From positions 290,717-354,716 of the forward strand of contig JBEKOJ010000001.1 in NCBI GenBank assembly GCA_049521895.1: a stretch of 64,000 nt of DNA, read 5' to 3'. The stretch comes from Candidatus Saccharimonadales bacterium (GTDB lineage Bacteria; Patescibacteriota; Saccharimonadia; Saccharimonadales; UBA10212). The notes beneath the pieces are model-generated. The model was not told the DNA's origin. It saw nothing but the letters and a program-made list of their open reading frames with translations, and made no database searches. This document shows, piece after piece, positions 6,823 through 18,886 of the stretch. The position numbers were made by a program, and so were the translations under genes. The number at the start of each line of letters is the position of its first letter. The first letter of the stretch is position 1.

Positions 6823-6846
6823 AAATACTTAACAAGTCAAGTATTT
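6823..6846. promoter_or_regulatory. 24-bp palindrome, family site A
   Basis: AAATACTTAAC-AA-GTCAAGTATTT (1 mismatch), 45 bp upstream of the rarA start. Confidence 0.4.
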
Positions 6847-7068
6847 TGACGGGGGCCGCGAGCACCGTAGTTCGAAAAAGTTAACCGAGCCCCTAACTTT
6901 TATCCAGACTCGAGGCGAGCCTGAGCAGATGATGTGAAAAAGAGGCGCCCTTGGGTGCGAGGAATGTCTGACGAAGCTAGATTGTCGGGTGGCAATCTAG
7001 CGAGGAGTTCCGCAGCAAGCCTGTTTCTGACATCAGATGCGTCAAGTTAGCCGAATGTCTGGGAAAAG

Positions 7069-7977
7069 TCAGGGGCGAGGGTTTAAATCGTGGCCGCCGA
7101 ATTTGTTGCGCATGGCGGCAAGCAGTTTGGTGGCGAAGGTCACCTGCCCTTTTTGGCTGGCTAGCCGGACATCGAATGACTGGCGGATGGCTGGCGTGTC
7201 GATGCCGTACTGTTCGGCGACTTCCAGTGTCCAGCAGGCCTCGCCGGATTCAGCCACCCGACCGTCTATCCCCTGAAGTTCTGGGTTTTCGGCAAGAGCT
7301 TGACGTGACAGTTCGTTAAGCCAAGATGTGACCACGCTGCCGTGCTGCCAAACTTCGCCGGCGGCCGCCAAATCTAGCTCCTTATACGGGCCTTCTTTAA
7401 GCACCCGGTAGCCTTCGGCCAAGCTTTCCATCATGCCGTACTCGATAGCGTTGTGGACCATCTTGACGAAATGCCCGGCCCCGCTGCCGCCAAAATATTG
7501 GTAGGCGCCGCTGGGCTGGGCCAAGGTTTTAAGGGCCGGCTCTAACTGCTTGAACGATGCCTCATCGCCGCCAGCCATCATCGAAAAGCCATTCTTATAA
7601 CCCCACACGCCGCCGCTGGTGCCAACATCCATGAAACTACTGCCGGCGGCTTTGACCCGCTCGGCGCGGGCTTTGTCATGCCGAAAGTCCGAGTTGCCGC
7701 CATCAATTATTAAGCTGCCTTTGGGAACGAGTTTTAGCCACTCGTCCAGCTGGGCATCAATAATTTCCGCCGGCAGCATGATCCAAAGCACTACCAGCCG
7801 ACCGTCAAAGGCTGCAACAACGTCCTCTTTTTTATAAGCGGCCTTGGCTCCGTGCTTGACTGCTTCGTCAATCGGCTCAGGGCTGCGGTTATTGGCAATT
7901 ACTTCGTGCCCGCCCTCGGCCAGTTTTTGAGCAATCTGTCCGCCCATCCGCCCCAGTCCACTGATAGCTATTTTCAT
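7069..7977 (-). CDS. gnd: 6-phosphogluconate dehydrogenase, decarboxylating (short ~300-aa form)
   Basis: N-terminal Rossmann motif GLGRMGGQIA and a 6PGDH-like core (HFVKMVHNAIEYG). Confidence 0.85.
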   Translation of the reverse strand: MKIAISGLGRMGGQIAQKLAEGGHEVIANNRSPEPIDEAVKHGAKAAYKKEDVVAAFDGRLVVLWIMLPAEIIDAQLDEWLKLVPKGSLIIDGGNSDFRHDKARAERVKAAGSSFMDVGTSGGVWGYKNGFSMMAGGDEASFKQLEPALKTLAQPSGAYQYFGGSGAGHFVKMVHNAIEYGMMESLAEGYRVLKEGPYKELDLAAAGEVWQHGSVVTSWLNELSRQALAENPELQGIDGRVAESGEACWTLEVAEQYGIDTPAIRQSFDVRLASQKGQVTFATKLLAAMRNKFGGHDLNPRP

Positions 7978-8255
7978 CCCGTTAGAGCCAGGAAACGCTT
8001 GTTCCTATTTTTTAGGTAGCGTTTACCCGTTCCTGTCTTTAGATACTTTTCTCTTGCGAAGGCGTCATTCGAGTTCATACAAGCTTCATAATATATCAGC
8101 TCGTATGGACCTCGAAATTTGGTGTAAGTGGACTTTCCTGATTGATGCTGGCTTAAGCGTTTCCGTAGGTCAGACGCGCATCCCGTGTATAGCCTGCCGT
8201 TTTCGGGATTGCGAAGAACATAAACGTAAGTCATACTGGCTCTAACGGGATTCAC
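7974..8255 (-). CDS. GIY-YIG nuclease-domain protein
   Basis: YVYVLRN...GRLYTGCASDLRKRLSQH matches the GIY-YIG/UPF0213 pattern. It has 4-nt overlaps with both neighbouring genes. Confidence 0.75.
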   Translation of the reverse strand: MNPVRASMTYVYVLRNPENGRLYTGCASDLRKRLSQHQSGKSTYTKFRGPYELIYYEACMNSNDAFAREKYLKTGTGKRYLKNRNKRFLALTG

Positions 8256-8914
8256 TTGATGTCTCCTTTATAGTCAGTAAAGATTATAACCTTTTTGAGT
8301 TGCTTTAAGAGCTGAGCCGGCTGTTTATCAGCGCTGACGTTTGTTTTGAGTAGATCAAATTGCGGCCATTTTTCCCGGCCTACTGCGTAAACTGTAACTT
8401 CGTCCAGTTGTTTGATGAGCTTGATGGTGGGGGTTATGCGGATGTAATCATGCCATTGGTAGCCCAGCATATCCTCACCGCCAACCACGGCCGGGCTGCC
8501 CGGTTTAATGCCAAAAATATGGCCGTCGGAGCCCATACCGGCCAGCGCTAAAGAGTAATCAGCGGCTTTGAGGCCAGTCCGGAGAACCGTACTATATTCT
8601 TTGACCGTTTGGCTGAGGCTTTTGCCTTGTAGAACGGGTTGCAGGCTAGCTCCGTCCAAGCGAAATCCAGCTTCAAGCAACTGTTGCCAATTGGAATCTT
8701 TGTGGCCTATCGGCCCGTAACGCTCATCGGTCAAGGTTACTGTAAGGCCACGTAGCGGCGGCCGCAACCGCTTACTGACCTCAACGGCAATTTTGATAGC
8801 CGAACCGCCGGCAACCAACCATAGAACTTTTTGCCCCGCTGCTAGTTTGGTATCAATAAGCCTAGCCAGATATTCGGCAGCCTTGTCGGGATTAGCTTGC
8901 TTAACTATTTCCAC
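8252..8914 (-). CDS. pgl: 6-phosphogluconolactonase
   Basis: LAGGSAIK and GMGSDGHIFGIKPGSP motifs. Sits between zwf and gnd. Confidence 0.8.
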   Translation of the reverse strand: MEIVKQANPDKAAEYLARLIDTKLAAGQKVLWLVAGGSAIKIAVEVSKRLRPPLRGLTVTLTDERYGPIGHKDSNWQQLLEAGFRLDGASLQPVLQGKSLSQTVKEYSTVLRTGLKAADYSLALAGMGSDGHIFGIKPGSPAVVGGEDMLGYQWHDYIRITPTIKLIKQLDEVTVYAVGREKWPQFDLLKTNVSADKQPAQLLKQLKKVIIFTDYKGDIK

Positions 8915-10239
8915 ACCTCTTCTCCGCCAAGTATTTTGGCGACCGAGCTACCCGGCTCGTAAAACTGTAGGTCGCTAGGGTCCTGCTGCCAGTAGTCCAA
9001 AATCGGTTGCAGGATTTTCCAGCTGGCTAACACTTCCTGATTGCTGGTAAACAGGCTTTTGTCGGAGCGTATGGCATCCACTAGCACTTGCTCGTAGGCA
9101 TTTGGCAGGTGGTCGAAGTTTTGGGCAAAAGAAAAACTTAAGGTTTTTTTCTCCAGCTCTTTGTCATACCCCGGCCGCTTGACCCACAGATCCAGCTCGA
9201 TGCCTTCACGCGGCTGCAGGCGGATGACTAGCGTATTGGAGTGGCTGGCACTGGTTTTTTTAAAATTAATCCGTATCTGGGTGAGTTTTTGGTCCAATTT
9301 CTTGCCGGTAGCCAGATATATCGGAACATTCCGCCAGCGTGGAGCTTTAGAGTGCAGCTGTAAAGCCACAAAAGTTTCAGTGACGGAGTTTGGGCTGGCA
9401 ATTTCCTGTTTGTAGGTTTTATATTGCGCACGGAAAACGGTTGCGGACAATTTGGACCGCGGCGGAGCAGTCAAAGACCGCAAAGCTTCCAGCCGGCGCT
9501 TGGGCAGCTCGCTAAAATCAAACTGGTCCGGGCACGGCTCCATAAGAGTCAGCGCCGCCAGCTGCAGCAGGTGGCTTTGGACAATATCACGCAGGGCGCC
9601 AGTTTTTTCGTAAAAATTCCCCCGCCCTTCCAAACCAATGGCTTCGGCGGCCACAATTTCGATATAGTCGATAAATTCCCTATCCCAGATTTTTCTAAAC
9701 AGTACATTGCTACCCAAAAAAATGCTAATGTTTTGGGCGACTTCTTTGGCGACGTAGTGGTCTATGCGGTAGACCTGGCTTTCTTTGAAAAACTTGGCAG
9801 TTTGTTTGACGAGCTTCTGGGCGGAAGATAAATCGGTGCCGAAAGGTTTTTCTAGCAGCAGCTTAACGCCCGGGCCGTCCAGTCCGGCTACGCCTAAGCG
9901 GCTAATTATCGCCGGCGTGGCATCCGGCGGTACGGCAAAATAAAAAATTATCTCGAGGCGCGAGCCGCCGGCAAGTTTTTTCAGCCGCAGCTTTAGTTTG
10001 TGGTAATCAGCAGCCCGGCTAAAATCCATCTGTAGAAATTCGGTAATCGCAGACAGTGTTCTAGTGCTACCGCTATAAACATCCTTGGGGGCAAGCTGGC
10101 GGCGGCTGATACCCAAAACTTTAAAATCCGGCGGCAGTTGCCGGGCTTTTTTAATCTCAGCCAATGCCGGCAATAAGTAGCGGTGACTAAGGTCGCCACT
10201 GATGCCCAAAACCACCAAAACTATCGGCTGGTTTTTCAT
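8905..10239 (-). CDS. zwf: Glucose-6-phosphate 1-dehydrogenase
   Basis: GISGDLSHRYLLPAL, EKPFG and RIDHYVAKE signatures. Confidence 0.9.
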   Translation of the reverse strand: MKNQPIVLVVLGISGDLSHRYLLPALAEIKKARQLPPDFKVLGISRRQLAPKDVYSGSTRTLSAITEFLQMDFSRAADYHKLKLRLKKLAGGSRLEIIFYFAVPPDATPAIISRLGVAGLDGPGVKLLLEKPFGTDLSSAQKLVKQTAKFFKESQVYRIDHYVAKEVAQNISIFLGSNVLFRKIWDREFIDYIEIVAAEAIGLEGRGNFYEKTGALRDIVQSHLLQLAALTLMEPCPDQFDFSELPKRRLEALRSLTAPPRSKLSATVFRAQYKTYKQEIASPNSVTETFVALQLHSKAPRWRNVPIYLATGKKLDQKLTQIRINFKKTSASHSNTLVIRLQPREGIELDLWVKRPGYDKELEKKTLSFSFAQNFDHLPNAYEQVLVDAIRSDKSLFTSNQEVLASWKILQPILDYWQQDPSDLQFYEPGSSVAKILGGEEVWK

Positions 10240-10260
10240 ATATATAAGTATATAGGCTGG

Positions 10261-10378
10261 GGGCGGATTTCACCCATCACGCGCGAGACTAGGCTTGCCT
10301 AGTAGTGAGCTTTTGATATTATCCCGACAGTGTCGGGATATAAATCCGCCCTTAGGCGGGTGAATCGAAAGTCTACTA
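10261..10378. repeat. Structured intergenic element E1 (terminator plus AAAGTCTACTA motif)
   Basis: GGGCGGATTT (10261-10270) pairs with AAATCCGCCC (10342-10351). Internal perfect hairpins at 10288-10303 and 10320-10340. TCGAAAGTCTACTA at 10365-10378 is shared with E2-E4. Confidence 0.5.
10344..10361 (-). terminator. Putative intrinsic terminator of the ABC operon
   Basis: On the minus strand, CCGCC-taag-GGCGG is followed by ATTTATAT, about 20 nt past the permease stop. Confidence 0.4.
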
Positions 10379-11125
10379 TTAGGCTTGGATGCGGTTGAAG
10401 CGGTTAACGGCAAAAGCCACGCAAACTACGAGCATGATAGTGATTACAACCAGGTCTTTGGCTAAGCCAAAGTGCGATTGGTGGATCATGGTATAACGCA
10501 AAGCATCAACACAATATGTCAATGGATTAACCTCAGACATAACGCGCAGAAACGTCGGCACATTGGTCAAGGGGTACAATGCGCCAGATAGAAAATATAG
10601 CGGGAAAATAATAAAGTTGTTGATGCCCTGAAACCCCTGAAAATCTTCCACGATACTAGCCAAGCCGGCGCCAAAACTAGTCAGCGCCAGGCAAAGCGCC
10701 AACATTACCAGGAAACTTACCGGAAAATAGACCCAGTTATATGGCCGAAAACCCAGGGCAATCGAAATTACCAGTACGAAAAGGCCTTGGAGCAACGAGA
10801 TTGTGGCGCCGCCTAGGGCATTACCCAGCAAGACACGCAAGCGTGAGACCGGCGCCACCAGCATCTCTTTTAAGAAGCCGAAGCGTTTATCGAATAGGAT
10901 TTGGATGCCCCAGAAGACACCAGAGAATAATATGGTTTGCACGATGATGCCCGGTACCAAAAATTGCAGGTAGTTTCCCTCTCCGGCTTTTTTATAAACC
11001 GAGCCCAAGCCGTAGCCCAGAGCCAGCAAGAACAGGATTGGCTGGCCGATGGCGCCCAACACCCGTGAACGGCTGCGTACGTAGCGCTTCATCTGCCGCA
11101 GCCAAAGAATGTAAACAGCATCCAC
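10379..11125 (-). CDS. ABC-2 type transporter permease
   Basis: 248 aa, about 6 TM. ABC-2 family layout, start/stop-coupled to the ATPase gene. Confidence 0.8.
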   Translation of the reverse strand: MDAVYILWLRQMKRYVRSRSRVLGAIGQPILFLLALGYGLGSVYKKAGEGNYLQFLVPGIIVQTILFSGVFWGIQILFDKRFGFLKEMLVAPVSRLRVLLGNALGGATISLLQGLFVLVISIALGFRPYNWVYFPVSFLVMLALCLALTSFGAGLASIVEDFQGFQGINNFIIFPLYFLSGALYPLTNVPTFLRVMSEVNPLTYCVDALRYTMIHQSHFGLAKDLVVITIMLVVCVAFAVNRFNRIQA

Positions 11126-11931
11126 TAGCGGAGCCTTTCATTTCTGCGGGCTGTACGGACATTTAAGCCATTGTTGCTCAGACTGGTTTCATCGCGGACT
11201 TCTCTACCGGTAAGCTCCAGATAGGCCTCTTCCAGACTTTTGGTTTTGGTCTGCTTGGCCAGCTGTTCTACCGTACCGGTAGCGACAATTTGTCCATGGT
11301 CGATAATGGCGATGCGGTCGGCTACGGCTTCAGCCTCATCTAAATAATGCGTAGTAAAGAATATGGTTGTACCTTTGGTATCGTTAAGTTTTTTCACGTA
11401 ATCCCACAATAGGTTGCGGGTCTGGGTATCTAGCCCCAACGTCGGCTCATCCAAAAATAAAATTTCCGGATGGTGCAGCAGGCCGCGGGCAATTTCCAGC
11501 CGGCGGCGCATACCGCCCGAAAAAGTTTTTACATACGAATCCTTGCGTCCCCAAAGATCTACTAATCTAAGCAGCTCTTCTATACTGGCTTTTTGCTGCG
11601 GTTTGGGAACGTGGTATAAAACGGCGTGGATCTGCATGTTTTCGTAAGCTGTTAGCTCTTCTTCCAGCGCCGGATCCTGAAAAACTATTCCAAAAGCTTT
11701 GCGGGCTGAATCCTGTTCGTGGGTCACATCGTGTCCGTTCAGCAAAAGCGTGCCGCTGGTTGGCCTAAGCATGGTGGTCAGCATGCTAATGGTAGTACTT
11801 TTGCCAGCGCCGTTAGGCCCGAGGAACGCAAAAATTTCCCCGGATTCCACCTCAAAGCTGATTCCTCTGACGGCTTTGATATCACCGAAGTTCTTCACCG
11901 CATTGCGGGCCACAATGACCGATTTTGACAC
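11125..11931 (-). CDS. ABC transporter ATP-binding protein (DrrA-like)
   Basis: Walker A GPNGAGKST, signature FSGGMRRRLEIA, Walker B ILFLDEPT. Confidence 0.9.
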   Translation of the reverse strand: MSKSVIVARNAVKNFGDIKAVRGISFEVESGEIFAFLGPNGAGKSTTISMLTTMLRPTSGTLLLNGHDVTHEQDSARKAFGIVFQDPALEEELTAYENMQIHAVLYHVPKPQQKASIEELLRLVDLWGRKDSYVKTFSGGMRRRLEIARGLLHHPEILFLDEPTLGLDTQTRNLLWDYVKKLNDTKGTTIFFTTHYLDEAEAVADRIAIIDHGQIVATGTVEQLAKQTKTKSLEEAYLELTGREVRDETSLSNNGLNVRTARRNERLR

Positions 11932-12124
11932 TACTTAGCTATTATAAACTACCAACCAGCGGCTTTTTAAGTACGGACTAGCGATTAACACTGGCCGGTT
12001 AATTGACTCTTGGCGACAAGGGTTAAAACTGTTAGACTAATAAGCAAATGGCTTGTGGGAAAATCCAAACGACCAGTAAAAGATCGCTGCCAGCTGTTAG
12101 CCTAACCGCGGGTGGGGTTTTTTA

Positions 12125-12958
12125 ATGTTGGCCCTACCTGCTTTTGGCTTAAACATAGAGCCGTTAGCTGCCCAAAAGTTATTCAGCATCGGGCCGTTGC
12201 CTGTCACCAATGCTATGTTCTTTGGCACAATCACTGCTGTTTTTACGGTTCTACTGCTTTTAGCCGCGGTACGCTCAACCCAGTTGCAGCCGCGCTCGCG
12301 CCTGGCCTACTACACGGAACTTTTAATCGGGGGGATTTGGGGTGTGGCGGTTGATACTTTTGGTGATCGTAAAAAAGCCCTCAAGCACCTGCCTCTGCTG
12401 GCAACATTGTTTACCTTTATCCTGATTGGCAATCTGTCGGGCTCAGGCATATTGCCGGGCGTAGGCACCATTACTGCTCACAGCGGCGGTCAAATCACAC
12501 CTCTACTGCGGCCTTTCACAACCGACCTTAATGCCACCCTGTCCATGGCCTTACTGACCATCGGCCTGGTGCAGTTTTATGCCTTGCGCCAACTCGGACT
12601 AAGCAAGCATTTTCGCCATTATTTTGCCCGACCGTTGTGGAATCCCTTGAACATCTTCATGGGGCTAAATGAAATATTCAGTGAGCTGCTGAGAATTGTC
12701 ACGTTGTCCATGCGGTTGTTTGGAGTGATTTATGCTGGCGAGGTACTGATCAGCGCTGTTGGGCAACTAGCCGGTAATTTTGCCTGGATAGCTACAGTGC
12801 CAGTCGTTTTGCTGGAAATTTTCTTTTCCCTTATCCAGGCCTACGTTTTCATGATGCTGAGCGCTACCTATATAGCAGTTGCTACAGAGGATAGCGAGAA
12901 GCGCAGTAATTCCGTTCAAGAACACGGCAACGAGCAAAGGTTACAAGAAGTAAGTTAA
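12125..12958 (+). CDS. atpB: F0F1 ATP synthase subunit a
   Basis: Polytopic protein with the conserved Arg region (LSMRLFGVIYAGEVL). First gene of the atp operon. Start uncertain. Confidence 0.8.
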   Translation: MLALPAFGLNIEPLAAQKLFSIGPLPVTNAMFFGTITAVFTVLLLLAAVRSTQLQPRSRLAYYTELLIGGIWGVAVDTFGDRKKALKHLPLLATLFTFILIGNLSGSGILPGVGTITAHSGGQITPLLRPFTTDLNATLSMALLTIGLVQFYALRQLGLSKHFRHYFARPLWNPLNIFMGLNEIFSELLRIVTLSMRLFGVIYAGEVLISAVGQLAGNFAWIATVPVVLLEIFFSLIQAYVFMMLSATYIAVATEDSEKRSNSVQEHGNEQRLQEVS

Positions 12959-12973
12959 GTAAAAGGAGCAGGT

Positions 12974-13192
12974 ATGAACCACGTAGATCCATCATTAATC
13001 AAAGGTTTAGCCATCGGCTTTGGTGCTATTGGCCCGGCTATCGGCGTAGGGCTTATCGGCGCTTCAGCCGTCGGCGCCATTGGCCGTAATCCGGAAATGC
13101 AAGGGCGGATATTATCGACCGCATTTGTTATGGCCGGTTTGGTCGACGCCGTTTTGGCCTTCGTACTACTAATCGTATTTACAACTAGTTAG
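12974..13192 (+). CDS. atpE: F0F1 ATP synthase subunit c
   Basis: 72-aa hairpin proteolipid: GRNPE loop and a carboxylate in helix 2 (GLVDAV). Confidence 0.85.
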   Translation: MNHVDPSLIKGLAIGFGAIGPAIGVGLIGASAVGAIGRNPEMQGRILSTAFVMAGLVDAVLAFVLLIVFTTS

Positions 13193-13317
13193 CAAGGACT
13201 CGCACATATGGCACATTCCTGCGTTAAAAACTGCGCTTCGCATTCACTGTATGTCAAATACAGTTCTTTTGCGGTGCTCGCTTTTTCCTTGGACTATGCT
13301 CACATGTGCGAGTCTTG
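13193..13317. repeat. Structured insert between atpE and atpF
   Basis: An 11-bp perfect long-range pairing, GACTCGCACAT (13197-13207) with ATGTGCGAGTC (13304-13314), encloses about 95 nt. ACAACTAGT occurs at 13181-13189 and 13341-13349. Confidence 0.4.
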
Positions 13318-13335
13318 CGGATGGGAGTGGCGTAG

Positions 13336-13866
13336 TTGATACAACTAGTGTCTCAATTTAGTAGCAGCTCCAGTGGAATTTCCAGCTTGGGACTTAACTT
13401 AAAGTCATTCATATTCCAGCTGATTACTTTCCTGATAGTCCTTTTAATTTTAAGTCGCTGGGTTTTCCCCAGATTGGTAGCTACACTCGAAAAAAGGCGC
13501 GAGGCGCTAGAACGTAGTTTGGAGCAAGCCAAAGCGACCGAAGAGACGCTAAAAGCTGCGGAAGAAAAAGCCGATAAACTACTCCATAGGGCCCGCGAAC
13601 AGGCCGACGTTTCGTTAACTGACGCTAGCAAAAAAGCCAAGGCTGTGATTACCGATGCCGAGTCCGCCGCCGGTGAAAAAGCTGGCCGGATTATCAAGGA
13701 CGCCCAAGCCCACCTGGCACAGGAGCACGAGCGGCTGCACCAGGAATTAAGAAGCGAGCTGGCAGATTTAGTAATCCGTACCACCGAAAGGGTAGTCCGT
13801 CAAAAACTTGACAAAGAAACCGATAAGCAGCTGGTGGAAACCGCCATCAAGGAGCTCAAATCATGA
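13336..13866 (+). CDS. atpF: F0F1 ATP synthase subunit b
   Basis: N-terminal TM helix followed by a long charged coiled coil. Operon position. Confidence 0.8.
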   Translation: MIQLVSQFSSSSSGISSLGLNLKSFIFQLITFLIVLLILSRWVFPRLVATLEKRREALERSLEQAKATEETLKAAEEKADKLLHRAREQADVSLTDASKKAKAVITDAESAAGEKAGRIIKDAQAHLAQEHERLHQELRSELADLVIRTTERVVRQKLDKETDKQLVETAIKELKS

Positions 13867-14255
13867 TTTCACTGTCGCGCAGGCATTTAGCCCGTTATGG
13901 CGCTGCCCAGTTAATCGCCGGCCAGCCGGTCGTGATAGTTGCCCGTGAGCTTGGCTCCGTACTGCTCGAAAGTAAGCGTGCCAAAGAAGCCGACATGCTG
14001 GTTGCCGATATCGCCTGGGAGCTAGAAAGCCGCGGCAAAGTCGCCAACGTTAAAGTAACCAGTGCTTTTCCGCTGACCCTATCGCTAAAACGCGATATCC
14101 AAAAGTTCGTTAAAGACGCGGCTAAAGTCGATAACGTGATATTAGATGAGCTGACAGATAAGAAAGTGCTTGGGGGCATGCGGATAGAAACTGCTGCCCA
14201 TGCTTGGGATAAAACCGTCGCCCGGGCATTGTCTGACATACGGGAGGAGTTCTAG
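13863..14255 (+). CDS. atpH: F0F1 ATP synthase subunit delta (short, 130 aa)
   Basis: Operon position between b and alpha. C-terminal GGMRIE...WD resembles the OSCP/delta C-terminus. Confidence 0.65.
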   Translation: MISLSRRHLARYGAAQLIAGQPVVIVARELGSVLLESKRAKEADMLVADIAWELESRGKVANVKVTSAFPLTLSLKRDIQKFVKDAAKVDNVILDELTDKKVLGGMRIETAAHAWDKTVARALSDIREEF

Positions 14256-15817
14256 ATGCCAAAAACGGCATTTGATGCCAAGTCGTTAAGCGAGGAAGTC
14301 AAAAAAGCCATTACTGATTTGCGTGCCAGCGGCCAGGAGCAGACCAGCGGCGTGGTTACCCGAATCGGCGACGGCATAGCCTGGATTTACGGCCTGCGCA
14401 GTTGCGGCTACTCCGAGATGCTAGAGATCGAGGGGCTTGATGGCCAGAAGGTTACAGCCTTCGTCCTGAACTTGCTGGAAGATGAAATTGGTGCCGTACT
14501 GCTTGGCGATGACCGGATGGTAGAAGCTGGTGCCCGGGTAGCTTTAAGCGGCGAGGTGCTTTCAGTGCCAGTTGGACCAGAGCTTATCGGCCGGGTTGTG
14601 GATCCGCTGGGCAGGCCACTAGACGGCAAGGGTGAAATCAAGACCAAAGAACAGGGCTTGGTAGAAAACACCGCTCCGGGCGTCATTGACCGCAGAAGCG
14701 TACACGAACCGGTGCTTACCGGCATTACCGCTATCGATTCAATGATACCCATCGGCCGGGGGCAGCGCGAACTTATAATCGGTGATCGTCAGACCGGTAA
14801 AACGGCTTTGGCTGTAGACACCATGATAAATCAAAGCCGGCGGAGCAGCGATATTATAAATATTTATGTCGCCATCGGCCAAAAGAACGCCACTGTCGCC
14901 CGCTTGATTGAGCGGCTCAAGCGCGAAGGCACCATGGACCAGACTATCGTCGTAGCGACCTCGGCGGCTGATGCCGCCAGCCTGCAATACCTTGCACCTT
15001 ACGCCGGTTGCGCCATTGGCGAGTGGTTCCGCAATAACCAGCGTCATGCTTTGATTATTTATGATGACCTTTCCAAACACGCCGTGGCTTACCGCCAAAT
15101 GTCATTACTGCTTAGACGCCCACCCGGACGGGAAGCTTATCCCGGTGATGTTTTTTACCTGCACTCACGCCTGTTGGAGCGAGCCGCAAAACTTTCCGAC
15201 AAGCTCGGCGGCGGTAGTCTTACAGCCCTACCTATAGTAGAAACCCAAGCCGGTGATGTCAGTGCCTACATTTCAACTAATATCATATCCATAACTGACG
15301 GCCAGATTTATCTGGAAACCGACTTGTTCTATCAGGGCATACGGCCGGCTATCTCCGTCGGTCTGTCCGTATCACGCGTTGGTGGGGCTGCCCAACCCAG
15401 AGCTATGCGCGACGTGGCTGGTACGCTACGTTTAGATTTAGCGCAGTACCGTGAGTTGGCAGCTTTTGCCCAGTTTTCTTCCGACCTGGATGCCGAGACC
15501 CAAGCACGCCTGTCGCGCGGACAGTTGCTGACTGAGATTTTAAAACAGCCGCAGTACACAACCCTGCATGTCTGGCAGCAGGTAGTTAGTATTCTGGCCG
15601 CTACCGAAGGAACGTTTGACAACATACATATAGAAAAGGTTAAAGCCGCCCAAAGCGCGCTGCTAACCGAACTGGAACAGCACCACAAAAAAATAATCGA
15701 GCAGATAGATAAGGGCACCCCGCCAAGCGATGCCGATAAAGCTATTATTCTGCGCGCCGCGCGTCAAGTAGCCGGAGGTTATAAAGTTAGTGAGACTAAA
15801 GTGGAGGCGAGCACATA

Positions 15818-15818
<1 letters not shown>
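14256..15818 (+). CDS. atpA: F0F1 ATP synthase subunit alpha
   Basis: [10 protein letters not shown]-loop with full-length alpha homology. Confidence 0.95.
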
Positions 15819-18575
<2,757 letters not shown>

Positions 18576-18577
18576 GT

Positions 18578-18886
18578 CTAAAAACTGGCTTGGCTGTTCA
18601 ATTGTGTTACATCGGCAGCGTTATCGTCAGGATTATCGCTGTTAAGTGTTTGTGAAGCCTGGTTTAAGTCGCTGGTAGAACCAATGCTGGACGGAACACC
18701 GCTGGTGCTTGACGAAGTAGATTTTGGCACGGCAACTTGTTGTGCAGCACTTTGTTCGTTGAGTTTGTTGGTATTGTTTCTGTCTTTGTAGATCTTGTAT
18801 CCAGTAAAGGCGATTATAGCTGCCAGCACTAGTATCAATAGCGCTTCCAGAGCCGCAAAGCCGTAAGTATTTTTAACTCTGCTCAT
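18578..18886 (-). CDS. Type IV pilin-like (prepilin-type N-terminal domain) protein
   Basis: Class III signal: YG|FAALEALLILVLAAIIAF, with Gly at -1 and Glu at +5. Confidence 0.65.
   Translation of the reverse strand: MSRVKNTYGFAALEALLILVLAAIIAFTGYKIYKDRNNTNKLNEQSAAQQVAVPKSTSSSTSGVPSSIGSTSDLNQASQTLNSDNPDDNAADVTQLNSQASF

Noticed and set aside
12112-12354. 80-aa ORF overlapping the atpB start in another frame
   Set aside because: The atpB frame gives a recognisable subunit-a protein. The alternative frame is Cys/His/Gly-rich and lacks homology features.
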